Below are positions 25,869-34,991 of a DNA stretch of 64,000 nucleotides, one piece after another. Within the stretch, counting starts at the first letter, position 1. Every line of letters begins with the position of its first letter. The notes under the pieces are model-generated. The model saw only the letters and a program-made list of their open reading frames with translations. It had not been told where the DNA came from and searched no databases. The DNA comes from Eubacteriales bacterium (lineage in GTDB: Bacteria > Bacillota > Clostridia > Oscillospirales > CAG-382), in assembly GCA_045536535.1 (NCBI GenBank), contig JAZSNS010000019.1:18826-82825 (forward strand), written 5' to 3'. The position numbers and the translations under genes are program-made.

Positions 25869-27098
25869 ATGCTCATAAACATGTGTGCCGAGGCAAGAAA
25901 GGCTTCTGCCGTTCTTGGCTCTGCCGATGAAACCACAAGGAACAAAGCGTTAAAAGCAATGGCAGATGCGCTTTCTGCGCGTTCTTCGGAGATCATTGCC
26001 GCAAACGAGGTCGATCTGACGCGCGCAAAAGAAAACGGAATGAGCAACGCGATGCTCGACCGATTAACGCTTACCGATGACCGCATTAAAGCGATCGCTT
26101 CGGCAGTCGAAAAGGTTATCGTTCTCCCCGATCCGCTCGGCGGAAGCGAAAGTTGGACTCGTCCCAACGGGCTGGTTATCGAGAAAAAACGCGTTCCGTT
26201 CGGTGTTATCGCGATAATTTACGAGGCGCGCCCGAACGTCACCGCCGATGCGGCGGCGCTTTGCGTCAAATCGGGTAACGCTGTTATTCTTCGCGGCGGT
26301 AAAGAGGCGATAAGTTCCAACGTTGCCGTTGCAACCGTGCTTTCCGACGCGCTCTTTTCGGTCGGTCTTCCGAGGGAGTGCATTCAGATCGTTTCCGATA
26401 CCTCGCGCGAGACAGCGAACGCTTTGATGAAGATGAAGGGCGGCATTGATCTTTTGATTCCGCGCGGCGGCAAATCGCTCATTCGCTCGGTGGTTGAAAA
26501 CGCGACGGTTCCCGTTATCGAGACCGGCGCAGGCAATTGCCATGTCTTTTTCGACGAAAGCGCCGATTTCGGTGTTGCGCTTGACGTTATCGACAACGCA
26601 AAACGCCAACGCCCCTCGGTTTGTAACGCGGCAGAAAGTCTGCTCGTTCATGAAAAGATCGCCGAACAGATCCTTCCTCTTGTCAAGACCCGTCTTGACA
26701 ACGTTGAACTTCGCGGTTGCGAAAAAACCCGCTCTGTCATTCCCGACATAAAGGTTGCGACCGATGACGACTTCTTTACCGAATATAACGATTATATCCT
26801 CGCGGTCAAGGTCGTTTCGGGCGTTGAGGAAGCGGTTGAGCACATCAATCTTCACGGAACGGGTCACAGCGAAGCGATCATCACCCAAAACAGCGAAAAC
26901 GCCGAATATTTCTGCAACAATATCGACGCCGCAGCGGTTTATGTTAATGCTTCGACGCGTTTCACCGACGGCGAAGAGTTCGGATTCGGCGCAGAGATTG
27001 GCATCTCAACCCAGAAAATGCATGCTCGCGGTCCGATGGGCTTGCGCGAAATGACGACCTATAAATATGTCATTCACGGCAACGGTCAGATCAGATAA
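25869..27098 (+). CDS. proA: Glutamate-5-semialdehyde dehydrogenase (gamma-glutamyl phosphate reductase)
   Basis: GVIAIIYEARPNVT, CNAAESLLVH, HGTGHSEAI and NASTRFTDG. Confidence 0.95.
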   Translation: MLINMCAEARKASAVLGSADETTRNKALKAMADALSARSSEIIAANEVDLTRAKENGMSNAMLDRLTLTDDRIKAIASAVEKVIVLPDPLGGSESWTRPNGLVIEKKRVPFGVIAIIYEARPNVTADAAALCVKSGNAVILRGGKEAISSNVAVATVLSDALFSVGLPRECIQIVSDTSRETANALMKMKGGIDLLIPRGGKSLIRSVVENATVPVIETGAGNCHVFFDESADFGVALDVIDNAKRQRPSVCNAAESLLVHEKIAEQILPLVKTRLDNVELRGCEKTRSVIPDIKVATDDDFFTEYNDYILAVKVVSGVEEAVEHINLHGTGHSEAIITQNSENAEYFCNNIDAAAVYVNASTRFTDGEEFGFGAEIGISTQKMHARGPMGLREMTTYKYVIHGNGQIR

Positions 27099-27118
27099 AA
27101 CGAAAAAGATAACAAAAA

Positions 27119-27146
27119 ACGGTTTGGTTTCCCAAACCGTTTTCTT
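27119..27146. terminator. Bidirectional Rho-independent terminator
   Basis: AACGGTTTGG-TTTC-CCAAACCGTT flanked by an A-run and a T-run. Confidence 0.75.
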
Positions 27147-27988
27147 TATTTACAAAGCCAAACTTTGAGTTCTTCAACGCAGTTCTCGGCACTTCTCACG
27201 CCGGCGTCGTAAGCGGATTTTACCTTTTCGGGGTCGTGCTCCATTCTTCCGATGTCAAGCGGATTTTCGGGACGGATAACGAATATCTCGCCTCGTTTTT
27301 CGAGTTCGGCAATTCGCGCTGCCGTGCGGTTGTAGACTTCGTGACGGTTGGCGAGAACCGACACAAATTCGGGATATTTGCGATAGATGAGTTTCGGCAA
27401 AAAACGAAGTTCTTTCTTTTTGATGTAAGATGCGGGCCGGGTGAGAATGACAACGTTCTTCGTATAACCCATTTCGCGGAAGGCGTCGATCGGAACGCTG
27501 TCGGCACAGCCGCCATCGAGATATTTTTTGCCGTCAAGTTCGACGATGCGCGAAAGATATGGAAGCGTTGCCGACGCGCGAAGATAGTCGATGTCTTCAA
27601 GCATATCGTTCATTTTTATGTATTCCGCCTTGCCCGTTTCAAGGTTGGTGGCAACGACGTAAAACGGAATTTTGCATTTGTCGAACGCGTCATAATCATA
27701 GGGAACAAGTTTCTCGGGAAGCTCGTGATAGGCGAACTCCACCCCGACAACGTCGCCCGTTTTCAAAAAGCTCTTAAAACTCATAAAACGCGGATCGTTG
27801 CAATATTTGATGTAATAATTTATGCTTCTGCCCTTTTGTGATGAAAGGAAAGAGCAACCGTGCACCGCGCCCGCCGAAACACCGATAACACCGTCAAAAG
27901 AGATGCCGTGATCGAGAAAAACGTCGAGCACGCCTGCTGTATAGATGCCTCGGAAACCTCCGCCTTCCAGAACAAGTCCTGTTTTCAT
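27146..27988 (-). CDS. Patatin-like phospholipase
   Basis: GLVLEGGGFRGIYTAGVL oxyanion motif, GVSAGA nucleophile elbow and a DGG Asp motif. Confidence 0.85.
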   Translation of the reverse strand: MKTGLVLEGGGFRGIYTAGVLDVFLDHGISFDGVIGVSAGAVHGCSFLSSQKGRSINYYIKYCNDPRFMSFKSFLKTGDVVGVEFAYHELPEKLVPYDYDAFDKCKIPFYVVATNLETGKAEYIKMNDMLEDIDYLRASATLPYLSRIVELDGKKYLDGGCADSVPIDAFREMGYTKNVVILTRPASYIKKKELRFLPKLIYRKYPEFVSVLANRHEVYNRTAARIAELEKRGEIFVIRPENPLDIGRMEHDPEKVKSAYDAGVRSAENCVEELKVWLCK

Positions 27989-28108
27989 AAAAACCTCTCA
28001 ATGAATTCGGTTCATTATATCATCTTTGTTTTCATAATTCAAGCATTGCATAATTTTGCCGTTTTTGCGGAAAATAAAAACGCAAAAAACAAACAAGGGG
28101 TTTAAAAT

Positions 28109-28885
28109 ATGAAAAAACTTTTGGTTTCGGCGGTTTTGTGCTTTTTGATCTTAGGCACCTGCAACGCTTCGGCGGAGGACACAAAACCGATCTCCGAGGG
28201 CAGGGATTATTCTCTGATCACGCCTGCTTCGACCGCTTATCCCGACGACGGAATAAAACTCACCGATGGGATTTTCGGTACGATTCCCGACGGCAAAACA
28301 AGTTATTATTCAAGCAATTCCTACGTCGGCTTCAACAAGACCGACGTTGACGGAAACGGAAATTTCGTTATCATTCTCGACCTCGGAAAAACCGTTGACG
28401 TTTCCTCGCTTTCGCTGGGGTTTCTGAACGAAACTTCGGCGGGAATCTATGCGCCGAGATCGGTTGAGTTTGCTATATCTAAAACCCGAAACGGCAAATA
28501 TAACAGTCTCGGTTCGGTCAAAACCGAAAAAAGCACGGTTTCGAGCGCGAGCGAGACCTATGCCGCATCGCTTGATGCGGACCGATCGGGTCGGTTTGTC
28601 CGCGTTACCGTAACTCCGCTGACGGATTTTATTGACGACGGCGGTGAAATTGTAAATGCCGATTGGACATTTATTGACGAGATCAGTGTTTTCGGGACCG
28701 TGTCCGCCGATACTTCCGACGACACAAACGGCAAAGAACCGTTTGCGGACGGAAGCGCGGACGGCGATTCAAAGCCCGAAACTGGCGATTCGAGCGTTGG
28801 GATCATCGTGTTCATTCTGCTTGCCGTTTCGGCGGTGACGATGATGTTTGCGCTGTTCACAAATAAAAAAGAAAAGGATTTTTAA
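28109..28885 (+). CDS. Secreted, C-terminally membrane-anchored protein with a discoidin (F5/8 type C, CBM32-like) domain
   Basis: Signal peptide. LTDGIFG...VIILDLGKTVDVSSLSLGF...PRSVEFAISK...FVRVTV...WTFIDEISVFG pattern. Acidic linker and C-terminal TM. Confidence 0.65.
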   Translation: MKKLLVSAVLCFLILGTCNASAEDTKPISEGRDYSLITPASTAYPDDGIKLTDGIFGTIPDGKTSYYSSNSYVGFNKTDVDGNGNFVIILDLGKTVDVSSLSLGFLNETSAGIYAPRSVEFAISKTRNGKYNSLGSVKTEKSTVSSASETYAASLDADRSGRFVRVTVTPLTDFIDDGGEIVNADWTFIDEISVFGTVSADTSDDTNGKEPFADGSADGDSKPETGDSSVGIIVFILLAVSAVTMMFALFTNKKEKDF

Positions 28886-28917
28886 AGAACATCTTCGCGG
28901 AGATGACCGAACAAACA

Positions 28918-28955
28918 AAACCGATTTGATTTAATTCATCAAATCGGTTTTTTTG
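28918..28955. terminator. Bidirectional Rho-independent terminator
   Basis: CCGATTTGAT-TTAATTC-ATCAAATCGG followed by TTTTTTT, with an A-rich 5' flank. Confidence 0.72.
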
Positions 28956-28989
28956 TTTGTATTTCAAAGTTTATCCGGATTGATTCGGT

Positions 28990-29688
28990 TCACGCAATCT
29001 CCAAACAGAGCTTTATCATATCGTCAAAGCCCATCTGGCGTTCTTCGGTCGAAAGTTCTTCCTTTGTGAACATGTGGTTGCTGACCGTGCAGACACAAAG
29101 CGCTTTTGCTTTCGCCTTTGCGGCAATCATATAAAGAGCGGCGGCTTCCATTTCGACGCCGAGAATTCCCATTTCTTTCCATTGCGAATTGACTTCCTCG
29201 GGCGCATAAAAAACATCGGTGGAATAAATGTTGCCGACGCGCGCATTGATGCCGAGTTCTGCGGCTTTTGCATCGGCGGCTTTGAGCAGCCCGAAATCCG
29301 CGATCGGCGCAAAAGTTCCGGGGAGGTTATATTGCCAAGCAAAATTGCTGTCGTGGCAGACTCCCTGCGCGATGATTATGTCACGGACGTTCACGCCCTC
29401 GCCGATACCGCCCGCGCTTCCTGCGCGGATGATCTGCTTGACGCCGTAATGGTTATAAAGTTCATAAGCATAAATGCCGATCGAAGCCATGCCCATGCCG
29501 TGTCCCATGACCGAAACGCGCTTGCCTTTGTAAAAACCCGTGTAACCGAGCATTCCGCGAACTTCGTTGAAGCAAACCGCATTTTCAAGATAGGTTTCGG
29601 CGATGTATTTGACGCGCAACGGGTCGCCGCACATAACGACCGATTCTGCAATATCGCCGATTTTAGCTGAATTGTGGGGAGTAGACAT
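28990..29688 (-). CDS. deoD: Purine nucleoside phosphorylase, DeoD type
   Basis: TPHNSAKIGDIAESVVMCGDPLR...GHGMGMASIGIY...GVEMEAAALY. Confidence 0.92.
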   Translation of the reverse strand: MSTPHNSAKIGDIAESVVMCGDPLRVKYIAETYLENAVCFNEVRGMLGYTGFYKGKRVSVMGHGMGMASIGIYAYELYNHYGVKQIIRAGSAGGIGEGVNVRDIIIAQGVCHDSNFAWQYNLPGTFAPIADFGLLKAADAKAAELGINARVGNIYSTDVFYAPEEVNSQWKEMGILGVEMEAAALYMIAAKAKAKALCVCTVSNHMFTKEELSTEERQMGFDDMIKLCLEIA

Positions 29689-29840
29689 ATAAAAACCTCC
29701 GGTGTTTTTTTGAAAAATATACCTATGAGTTCCGATGATTCGGATAAGACCTCAGGCCTCGCACGAATTCTGCGCGAGCTAACGGAACTCTTAAAACTCA
29801 ATCAAAAACAGGTGTTTTCGATTGAAAAGCGTCGGCGGTC

Positions 29841-31091
29841 TCAATGCTGCCAAGCGCTTAAATATTTTTTCTGATTTTCGGAAAGAACGTCAATCTCGCA
29901 ACCCCAGAAAGCAAGTTTGCGGCGAGCGACTTCTTCATCGACCTCACGCGGAACGCGAATGATCTTTTCTTGGAGTTTTCCTTGGTTGTTGACAAGATGG
30001 AGAGCCGAAAGCGCTTGGATCGCGAACGACATGTCCATGATCTCGGCAGGGTGACCGTCACCCGCGCAGATGTTGACAAGTCTGCCCTCGGCGATGACGT
30101 AAACCGTGTTGCCGGTGGGGAGTTTGTATCCGATGATGTTGTTGCGCGCTTCGAAGGTCTCGGTTGCATATTCGCGCAGAGCCTTCATATCGACTTCAAC
30201 GTCAAAGTGACCTGCGTTGGTAAGGATCGCGCCGTCTTTAAGAAGAGGGAAGTGTTTGGTGGTGAGGATTTCGCAGTTGCCGGTAACCGTGCAGAAGAAA
30301 TCGCCGATCTTTGCGGCTTCTTCCATCGGCATAACGGCAAAACCGTCCATGACCGCTTCCATTGCGCGAATAGGATCGACTTCGGTAACAACGACCGACG
30401 CGCCCAGCCCTTTTGCACGCATCGCAACACCCTTGCCGCACCAGCCATATCCTGCGACAACGACTTTTTTGCCTGCGACAATAAGGTTCGTCGTGCGGTT
30501 GATGCCGTCCCAAACCGATTGACCCGTGCCGTAGCGGTTATCGAAAAGATGTTTACAGTCGGCATCGTTGACGAGCACCATCGGGAATTCAAGAATGCCC
30601 TCGCGCGCCATTGCGTGGAGACGGATTATGCCCGTTGTGGTTTCTTCGCAACCGCCGATAACGTTCGGAAGAAGTTCGCGGTATTTGGTGTGGATAAGAT
30701 TGACAAGGTCGCCGCCGTCATCGATGATGATGTTCGGTTTACCCTCGGCGATAACGCGCGAGGTATGTTCTTCATATTCCTCGTCGGTACAGCCGTGCCA
30801 TGCATAGACGTTCAATCCGCCGTGAACGAGCGCTGCGGCAACGTCGTCCTGGGTGGAGAGGGGGTTAGAACCCGTGATATACATTTCTGCGCCGCCTGCG
30901 GCGAGCACACGGCAGAGGTAAGCGGTTTTTGCTTCAAGATGTACGGAAAGCGCAACGCGAAGACCCGCAAAAGGCTTGGTTTTGCTGAATTCTTCTTCGA
31001 TTCCGCGAAGAAGGTCCATGTTGTTTTTAACCCATTGAATCTTTTTTTCGCCGCTTTCCCAAAGCGAAATATCTCTGATATCGTAAGACAT
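29841..31091 (-). CDS. ahcY: Adenosylhomocysteinase
   Basis: YDIRDISLWESGEKKIQWV, GYGWCGKG NAD fold and NAGHFDVE. Confidence 0.95.
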   Translation of the reverse strand: MSYDIRDISLWESGEKKIQWVKNNMDLLRGIEEEFSKTKPFAGLRVALSVHLEAKTAYLCRVLAAGGAEMYITGSNPLSTQDDVAAALVHGGLNVYAWHGCTDEEYEEHTSRVIAEGKPNIIIDDGGDLVNLIHTKYRELLPNVIGGCEETTTGIIRLHAMAREGILEFPMVLVNDADCKHLFDNRYGTGQSVWDGINRTTNLIVAGKKVVVAGYGWCGKGVAMRAKGLGASVVVTEVDPIRAMEAVMDGFAVMPMEEAAKIGDFFCTVTGNCEILTTKHFPLLKDGAILTNAGHFDVEVDMKALREYATETFEARNNIIGYKLPTGNTVYVIAEGRLVNICAGDGHPAEIMDMSFAIQALSALHLVNNQGKLQEKIIRVPREVDEEVARRKLAFWGCEIDVLSENQKKYLSAWQH

Positions 31092-31102
31092 ATTTTTACT
31101 CC

Positions 31103-32365
31103 TTAATTATCAAGAAAATCAACGATTTTGTTAACTTCGTAATAAAGTTTTTCTTCGTCAATGGTGGTGAGTTGCTTATTTTTCAAAACCACCTTGCCGC
31201 CGATGATGAGCGTGTCGGTCTCGCTGCCGTCGCAGCAATAGCAGATCGCGGCATAATAGTTGCGGATCGGCTTCATCTGGGGAACGTTTGTGTCAAGCAG
31301 TGCGATATCGGCTTTCCAGCCCGCTTCGATTTTGCCCAATTTTTCAAAACCGAGCGCCTTTGCGCCGTTAACGGTTGCGAAATCGAGCGCTTTTTTCGCG
31401 GGGATCGCGGTCGAATCGTAATTCGTGCCTTTGTGGAGAAGCGTCATATAATTGAGTTCGGAGAACATATTGAGCGCGTTGTTGGAAGCAGCCGAGTCGG
31501 TGCCGATACAAACGTTGACGCCCGCTTGGTCAAGCTGATAGATCGGAGCGATGCCGTTGCCGAGTTTCAAATTGCTCTTCGGGTTTGAAGCAACGCTGAC
31601 GCCATGCTTTGCAAGAAGCGAGATGTCGTTTTCGGTAAGTTGAACGCAATGCGCCGCAAGGGTTTTGTTTTCGAAAAGACCGAGGCTTGCGCAATATTCG
31701 GTCGGGGTACAGCCGTTGTCGCGCATGCAGTCGGAAAATTCCGCCTTGCTTTCCGAAAGGTGAATGTTCAACCCCAAACCGAGACGTTTTGCCTCGCCCG
31801 AAATTTTAAGAAGATATTCTTTGTCACAGGTGTAGATCGCGTGAGGCGCGAGCATGAATTTTATGTTGTCATGACCCGACCATTCCTCGATTTCCTGAAA
31901 TTGCTCATCGAGGCGTTTCTGGCCGCCTTCGCTTCCGACAAGACCTCTGCTCACGACAGCGCGCATACCCGATTCGACCGCCGCTTTTGCCGAAGCGCCG
32001 GGGAAGAGATGCATGTCGCAAAAAGTGCCGCAACCGCGCTTTATCATCTCGGCACATGCGAGAAGTGAGCCCCAATAAGCCTGTTCGTTGTTAAGTCTGT
32101 CCTCTTTCGGCATAACGCCTTCAAAGAGCCATTGCATGAAAGGAAGATCGTCAGCCGCGTTGCGGAGAACCGACATATAAGCATGAGTGTGCGCGTTGAC
32201 GAACGCAGGCATGGCAATTCTGCCCTGACCGTCGATCGTTTCGTCAGCGACGAAATCCGTCGGAGCGTTTCCGATCGAAACGATCGTATCGCCCGAAACG
32301 TAAATGTCTGTGCCGACGGGCTTGTCACCCTCGGGCAGAAGAACGTTTTTGATAAGAAGGTTCAT
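31103..32365 (-). CDS. mtaD: Amidohydrolase, 5-methylthioadenosine/S-adenosylhomocysteine deaminase type
   Basis: NAHTHAYMS metal motif, HLSES and GTDSAASNN. Size and order match MtaD. Confidence 0.82.
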   Translation of the reverse strand: MNLLIKNVLLPEGDKPVGTDIYVSGDTIVSIGNAPTDFVADETIDGQGRIAMPAFVNAHTHAYMSVLRNAADDLPFMQWLFEGVMPKEDRLNNEQAYWGSLLACAEMIKRGCGTFCDMHLFPGASAKAAVESGMRAVVSRGLVGSEGGQKRLDEQFQEIEEWSGHDNIKFMLAPHAIYTCDKEYLLKISGEAKRLGLGLNIHLSESKAEFSDCMRDNGCTPTEYCASLGLFENKTLAAHCVQLTENDISLLAKHGVSVASNPKSNLKLGNGIAPIYQLDQAGVNVCIGTDSAASNNALNMFSELNYMTLLHKGTNYDSTAIPAKKALDFATVNGAKALGFEKLGKIEAGWKADIALLDTNVPQMKPIRNYYAAICYCCDGSETDTLIIGGKVVLKNKQLTTIDEEKLYYEVNKIVDFLDN

Positions 32366-32597
32366 AACAGTCCTCCGTAATAATGATTGATTTAAGTATA
32401 ACCGAATTTGCCGAAAATTACAATAAAAAATCTCGAGAGATGACGACTTTACCGAATTCTCGGAATTATATCATTATTATACAATGGAAATATTTGAAAA
32501 TCAACGAAAATTGAACAAAAAAACATTGCCAAGAGGGTATTTTGGTGTTATAATTATAAAATCCATGAAAATCGCTTTGAAATCAGGTGTATTGATT

Positions 32598-33440
32598 ATG
32601 TTTAAAATTGTTTCAAAGGCGGCGCTTAATCCGACCGTTTCGAAAATGGTCGTTTATGCTCCTCAAATTGCAAAAAAAGCCGAGCCCGGTCAGTTCATAA
32701 TTCTTCGTGTCGATGACGACGGCGAACGCATTCCTCTTACTATTGCGGATTACGACGCAAAAGAGGGAACCGTTACCATTATTTATCAGATCGTCGGCGC
32801 AACGACCAAAAGGCTCGATGCCAAAAAAGAAGGCGAATATATTTCCGACTTTGTCGGCCCGTTGGGCAGACCTACCGAAACCGAAGGGATCAAAAAGGTT
32901 GCCGTTATCGGCGGCGGCGTCGGGTGCGCGATCGCGCTTCCCGTTGCTAAAAAGCTCCACGAACTCGGCGCGGAGGTTCATTCGGTCGTCGGATTTCGTA
33001 ACAAGGACCTTGTTATTCTCAGCGACGAATTCACTGCTTGCAGCGATAAATACATCATCATGACCGACGACGGCTCGATCGGCGAAAAGGGTCTTGTTAC
33101 CGATGCGCTGCGCAAGTTGATCGAAAGCGGCGAACAATATGACGAAGTTATCGCGATCGGTCCGGTGATCATGATGAAGTTCGTCTGCAAACTCACCAAG
33201 GAATTCGGAATCAAAACCACCGTCAGCATGAACCCGATCATGATCGACGGAACAGGTATGTGCGGCGGTTGCCGTCTTACCGTCGGCGGCAAGGTCAAGT
33301 TCGCATGTGTTGACGGCCCCGATTTTGACGGTCACGAGGTCGATTTTGACGAGGCTATGGATCGCGGCTCGATGTATCGCGATTTTGAACGCCATAAATA
33401 TGAAGAAACCTGCAACCTTCTTAACAAGTCGGTTGAATGA
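32598..33440 (+). CDS. nfnA: Ferredoxin-NADP+ reductase-like FAD/[2Fe-2S] subunit (NfnA; PyrK-like)
   Basis: Start MFKIVSK at 32598; the listed ORF start at 32484 is an over-extension. GQFIILRV..GERIPLTI. C-terminal CGGCR..C cluster. Paired with nfnB. Confidence 0.8.
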   Translation: MFKIVSKAALNPTVSKMVVYAPQIAKKAEPGQFIILRVDDDGERIPLTIADYDAKEGTVTIIYQIVGATTKRLDAKKEGEYISDFVGPLGRPTETEGIKKVAVIGGGVGCAIALPVAKKLHELGAEVHSVVGFRNKDLVILSDEFTACSDKYIIMTDDGSIGEKGLVTDALRKLIESGEQYDEVIAIGPVIMMKFVCKLTKEFGIKTTVSMNPIMIDGTGMCGGCRLTVGGKVKFACVDGPDFDGHEVDFDEAMDRGSMYRDFERHKYEETCNLLNKSVE

Positions 33441-33460
33441 ACGATGGGGAGGAATCACTA

Positions 33461-34846
33461 ATGCCTAATATGTCTTTAAAAAAGAACGAAATGCCCCATC
33501 AGGCTCCCGAGGTACGCGCTCGTAATTTCGAGGAAGTTGCGCTCGGTTATACCCCCGAACAGGCGATCGACGAGGCACAGCGTTGCCTCAACTGCAAAAA
33601 CCGTCCCTGCGTTTCGGGTTGCCCCGTTAATATCGCTATCCCCGAATTTATCGCGCTTGTTGCAGAGGGCGATTTTGAAGCTGCATATAACGTTATCAGC
33701 CGTCAGAGTTCGCTTCCCGCCGTTTGCGGCAGAGTTTGCCCGCAGGAATCGCAATGCGAAAGCAAATGCGTGCGCGGGATCAAGGGCGAACCGGTTGCTA
33801 TCGGCAGGCTTGAACGGTTTGTTGCCGATTGGCATAACGCTCATTGCGACGTTCTTCCCGAACGTCCCGAAAGCAACGGACACCGCGTTGCGGTCATCGG
33901 ATCCGGTCCTTCCGGTTTGGCTTGCGCGGGCGACCTTGCAAAGAAAGGTTATGAGGTCACCGTTTTTGAAGCACTTCACGTTGCCGGCGGCGTTCTTGTT
34001 TACGGTATTCCCGAATTCCGCCTTCCCAAGGCGATCGTTGCCAAAGAGATCGAGACCCTTAAAGCCCTCGGCGTTGAGATCAGAACCAATTCGGTTGTCG
34101 GCAAACTTATCTCGGTAGACGAACTTTTTGAAGAAGGCTTTGAAGCTGTGTTCATCGGCTCTGGCGCAGGCCTGCCCAGATTCATGGGCATTGAGGGCGA
34201 AAACCTCAAAGGCGTCTATTCCGCGAACGAATTTCTGACAAGAATAAATCTCATGAAAGCCTACCGCGAGGAGAGCAACACTCCTATTTTCCGTGCAAAG
34301 AAGGTTGCGGTCTGCGGCGGCGGTAACGTTGCTATGGATGCGGCAAGAAGCGCGCTCCGTCTGGGCGCTGACGAGGTTTATATCGTCTATCGCCGCGGCG
34401 AAAACGAACTTCCCGCACGTGCCGAAGAAGTTGAACACGCAAAGGAAGAGGGCATCATCTTCAAACTTCTCACCAACCCCACCCGTATCCTCAAAGGCGA
34501 AAACGGCTTTGTCGGCGGCATGGAATGCGTTGAGATGACGCTTGGTGAACCCGATGCGTCGGGCAGAAGAAAGCCTGTCGTTAAGGAAGGCAGTGAATTT
34601 GTGCTTGACGTTGATTGCGTGATCATGGCGATCGGTACATCACCCAACCCCCTCATCAAATCAACCACCGAAAACCTTGCGACCGAAAAATGGGGCGGCA
34701 TTATTGCCGACGAAAACGGCTTGACCTCGCGTGAAAACGTCTATGCGGGCGGCGACGCCGTCACGGGCGCGGCAACCGTAATTCTCGCGATGGGCGCGGG
34801 CAAGACCGCGGCCGATGCGATCGACAAGAAACTTTCGGGCAAATAA
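33461..34846 (+). CDS. nfnB: Glutamate synthase small-subunit-like NADPH oxidoreductase (NfnB)
   Basis: GGGGAGG lies 8 nt before the ATG at 33461. FeS motifs CLNCKNRPC and CPV. Two dinucleotide folds, VAVIGSGPSG and VAVCGGGNVAMD. Confidence 0.85.
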   Translation: MPNMSLKKNEMPHQAPEVRARNFEEVALGYTPEQAIDEAQRCLNCKNRPCVSGCPVNIAIPEFIALVAEGDFEAAYNVISRQSSLPAVCGRVCPQESQCESKCVRGIKGEPVAIGRLERFVADWHNAHCDVLPERPESNGHRVAVIGSGPSGLACAGDLAKKGYEVTVFEALHVAGGVLVYGIPEFRLPKAIVAKEIETLKALGVEIRTNSVVGKLISVDELFEEGFEAVFIGSGAGLPRFMGIEGENLKGVYSANEFLTRINLMKAYREESNTPIFRAKKVAVCGGGNVAMDAARSALRLGADEVYIVYRRGENELPARAEEVEHAKEEGIIFKLLTNPTRILKGENGFVGGMECVEMTLGEPDASGRRKPVVKEGSEFVLDVDCVIMAIGTSPNPLIKSTTENLATEKWGGIIADENGLTSRENVYAGGDAVTGAATVILAMGAGKTAADAIDKKLSGK

Positions 34847-34862
34847 AATTCCATGATTTTCG

Positions 34863-34900
34863 GAACCGCTTGGAAAAACCAAGCGGTTCTTTGTTTTTTT
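34863..34900 (+). terminator. Rho-independent terminator
   Basis: 11-bp stem GAACCGCTTGG/CCAAGCGGTTC with an AAAAA loop and a T-rich tail. Confidence 0.8.
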
Positions 34901-34934
34901 ACAATTATTATATGGGCAAAAAGCCAAAAAACTG

Positions 34935-34963
34935 TTGACTTTGTGCATGCGATTTTGTATAAT
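34935..34963 (+). promoter_or_regulatory. sigma-A-like promoter (TTGACT-17-TATAAT)
   Basis: TTGACT at 34935-34940 and TATAAT at 34958-34963. Confidence 0.6.
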
Positions 34964-34991
34964 ATACAAAAATAAAACAAAGGAGATTATT

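Noticed and set aside
32366-32597. SAH/SAM riboswitch upstream of mtaD-ahcY and SAM riboswitch/T-box upstream of metY (59044-59075).
   Set aside because: The leaders are short and AT-rich, with no conserved SAM-I/SAH core sequences recognisable by eye. metY has only a 32-nt gap to the upstream gene. An Rfam scan would be needed for a definitive negative.
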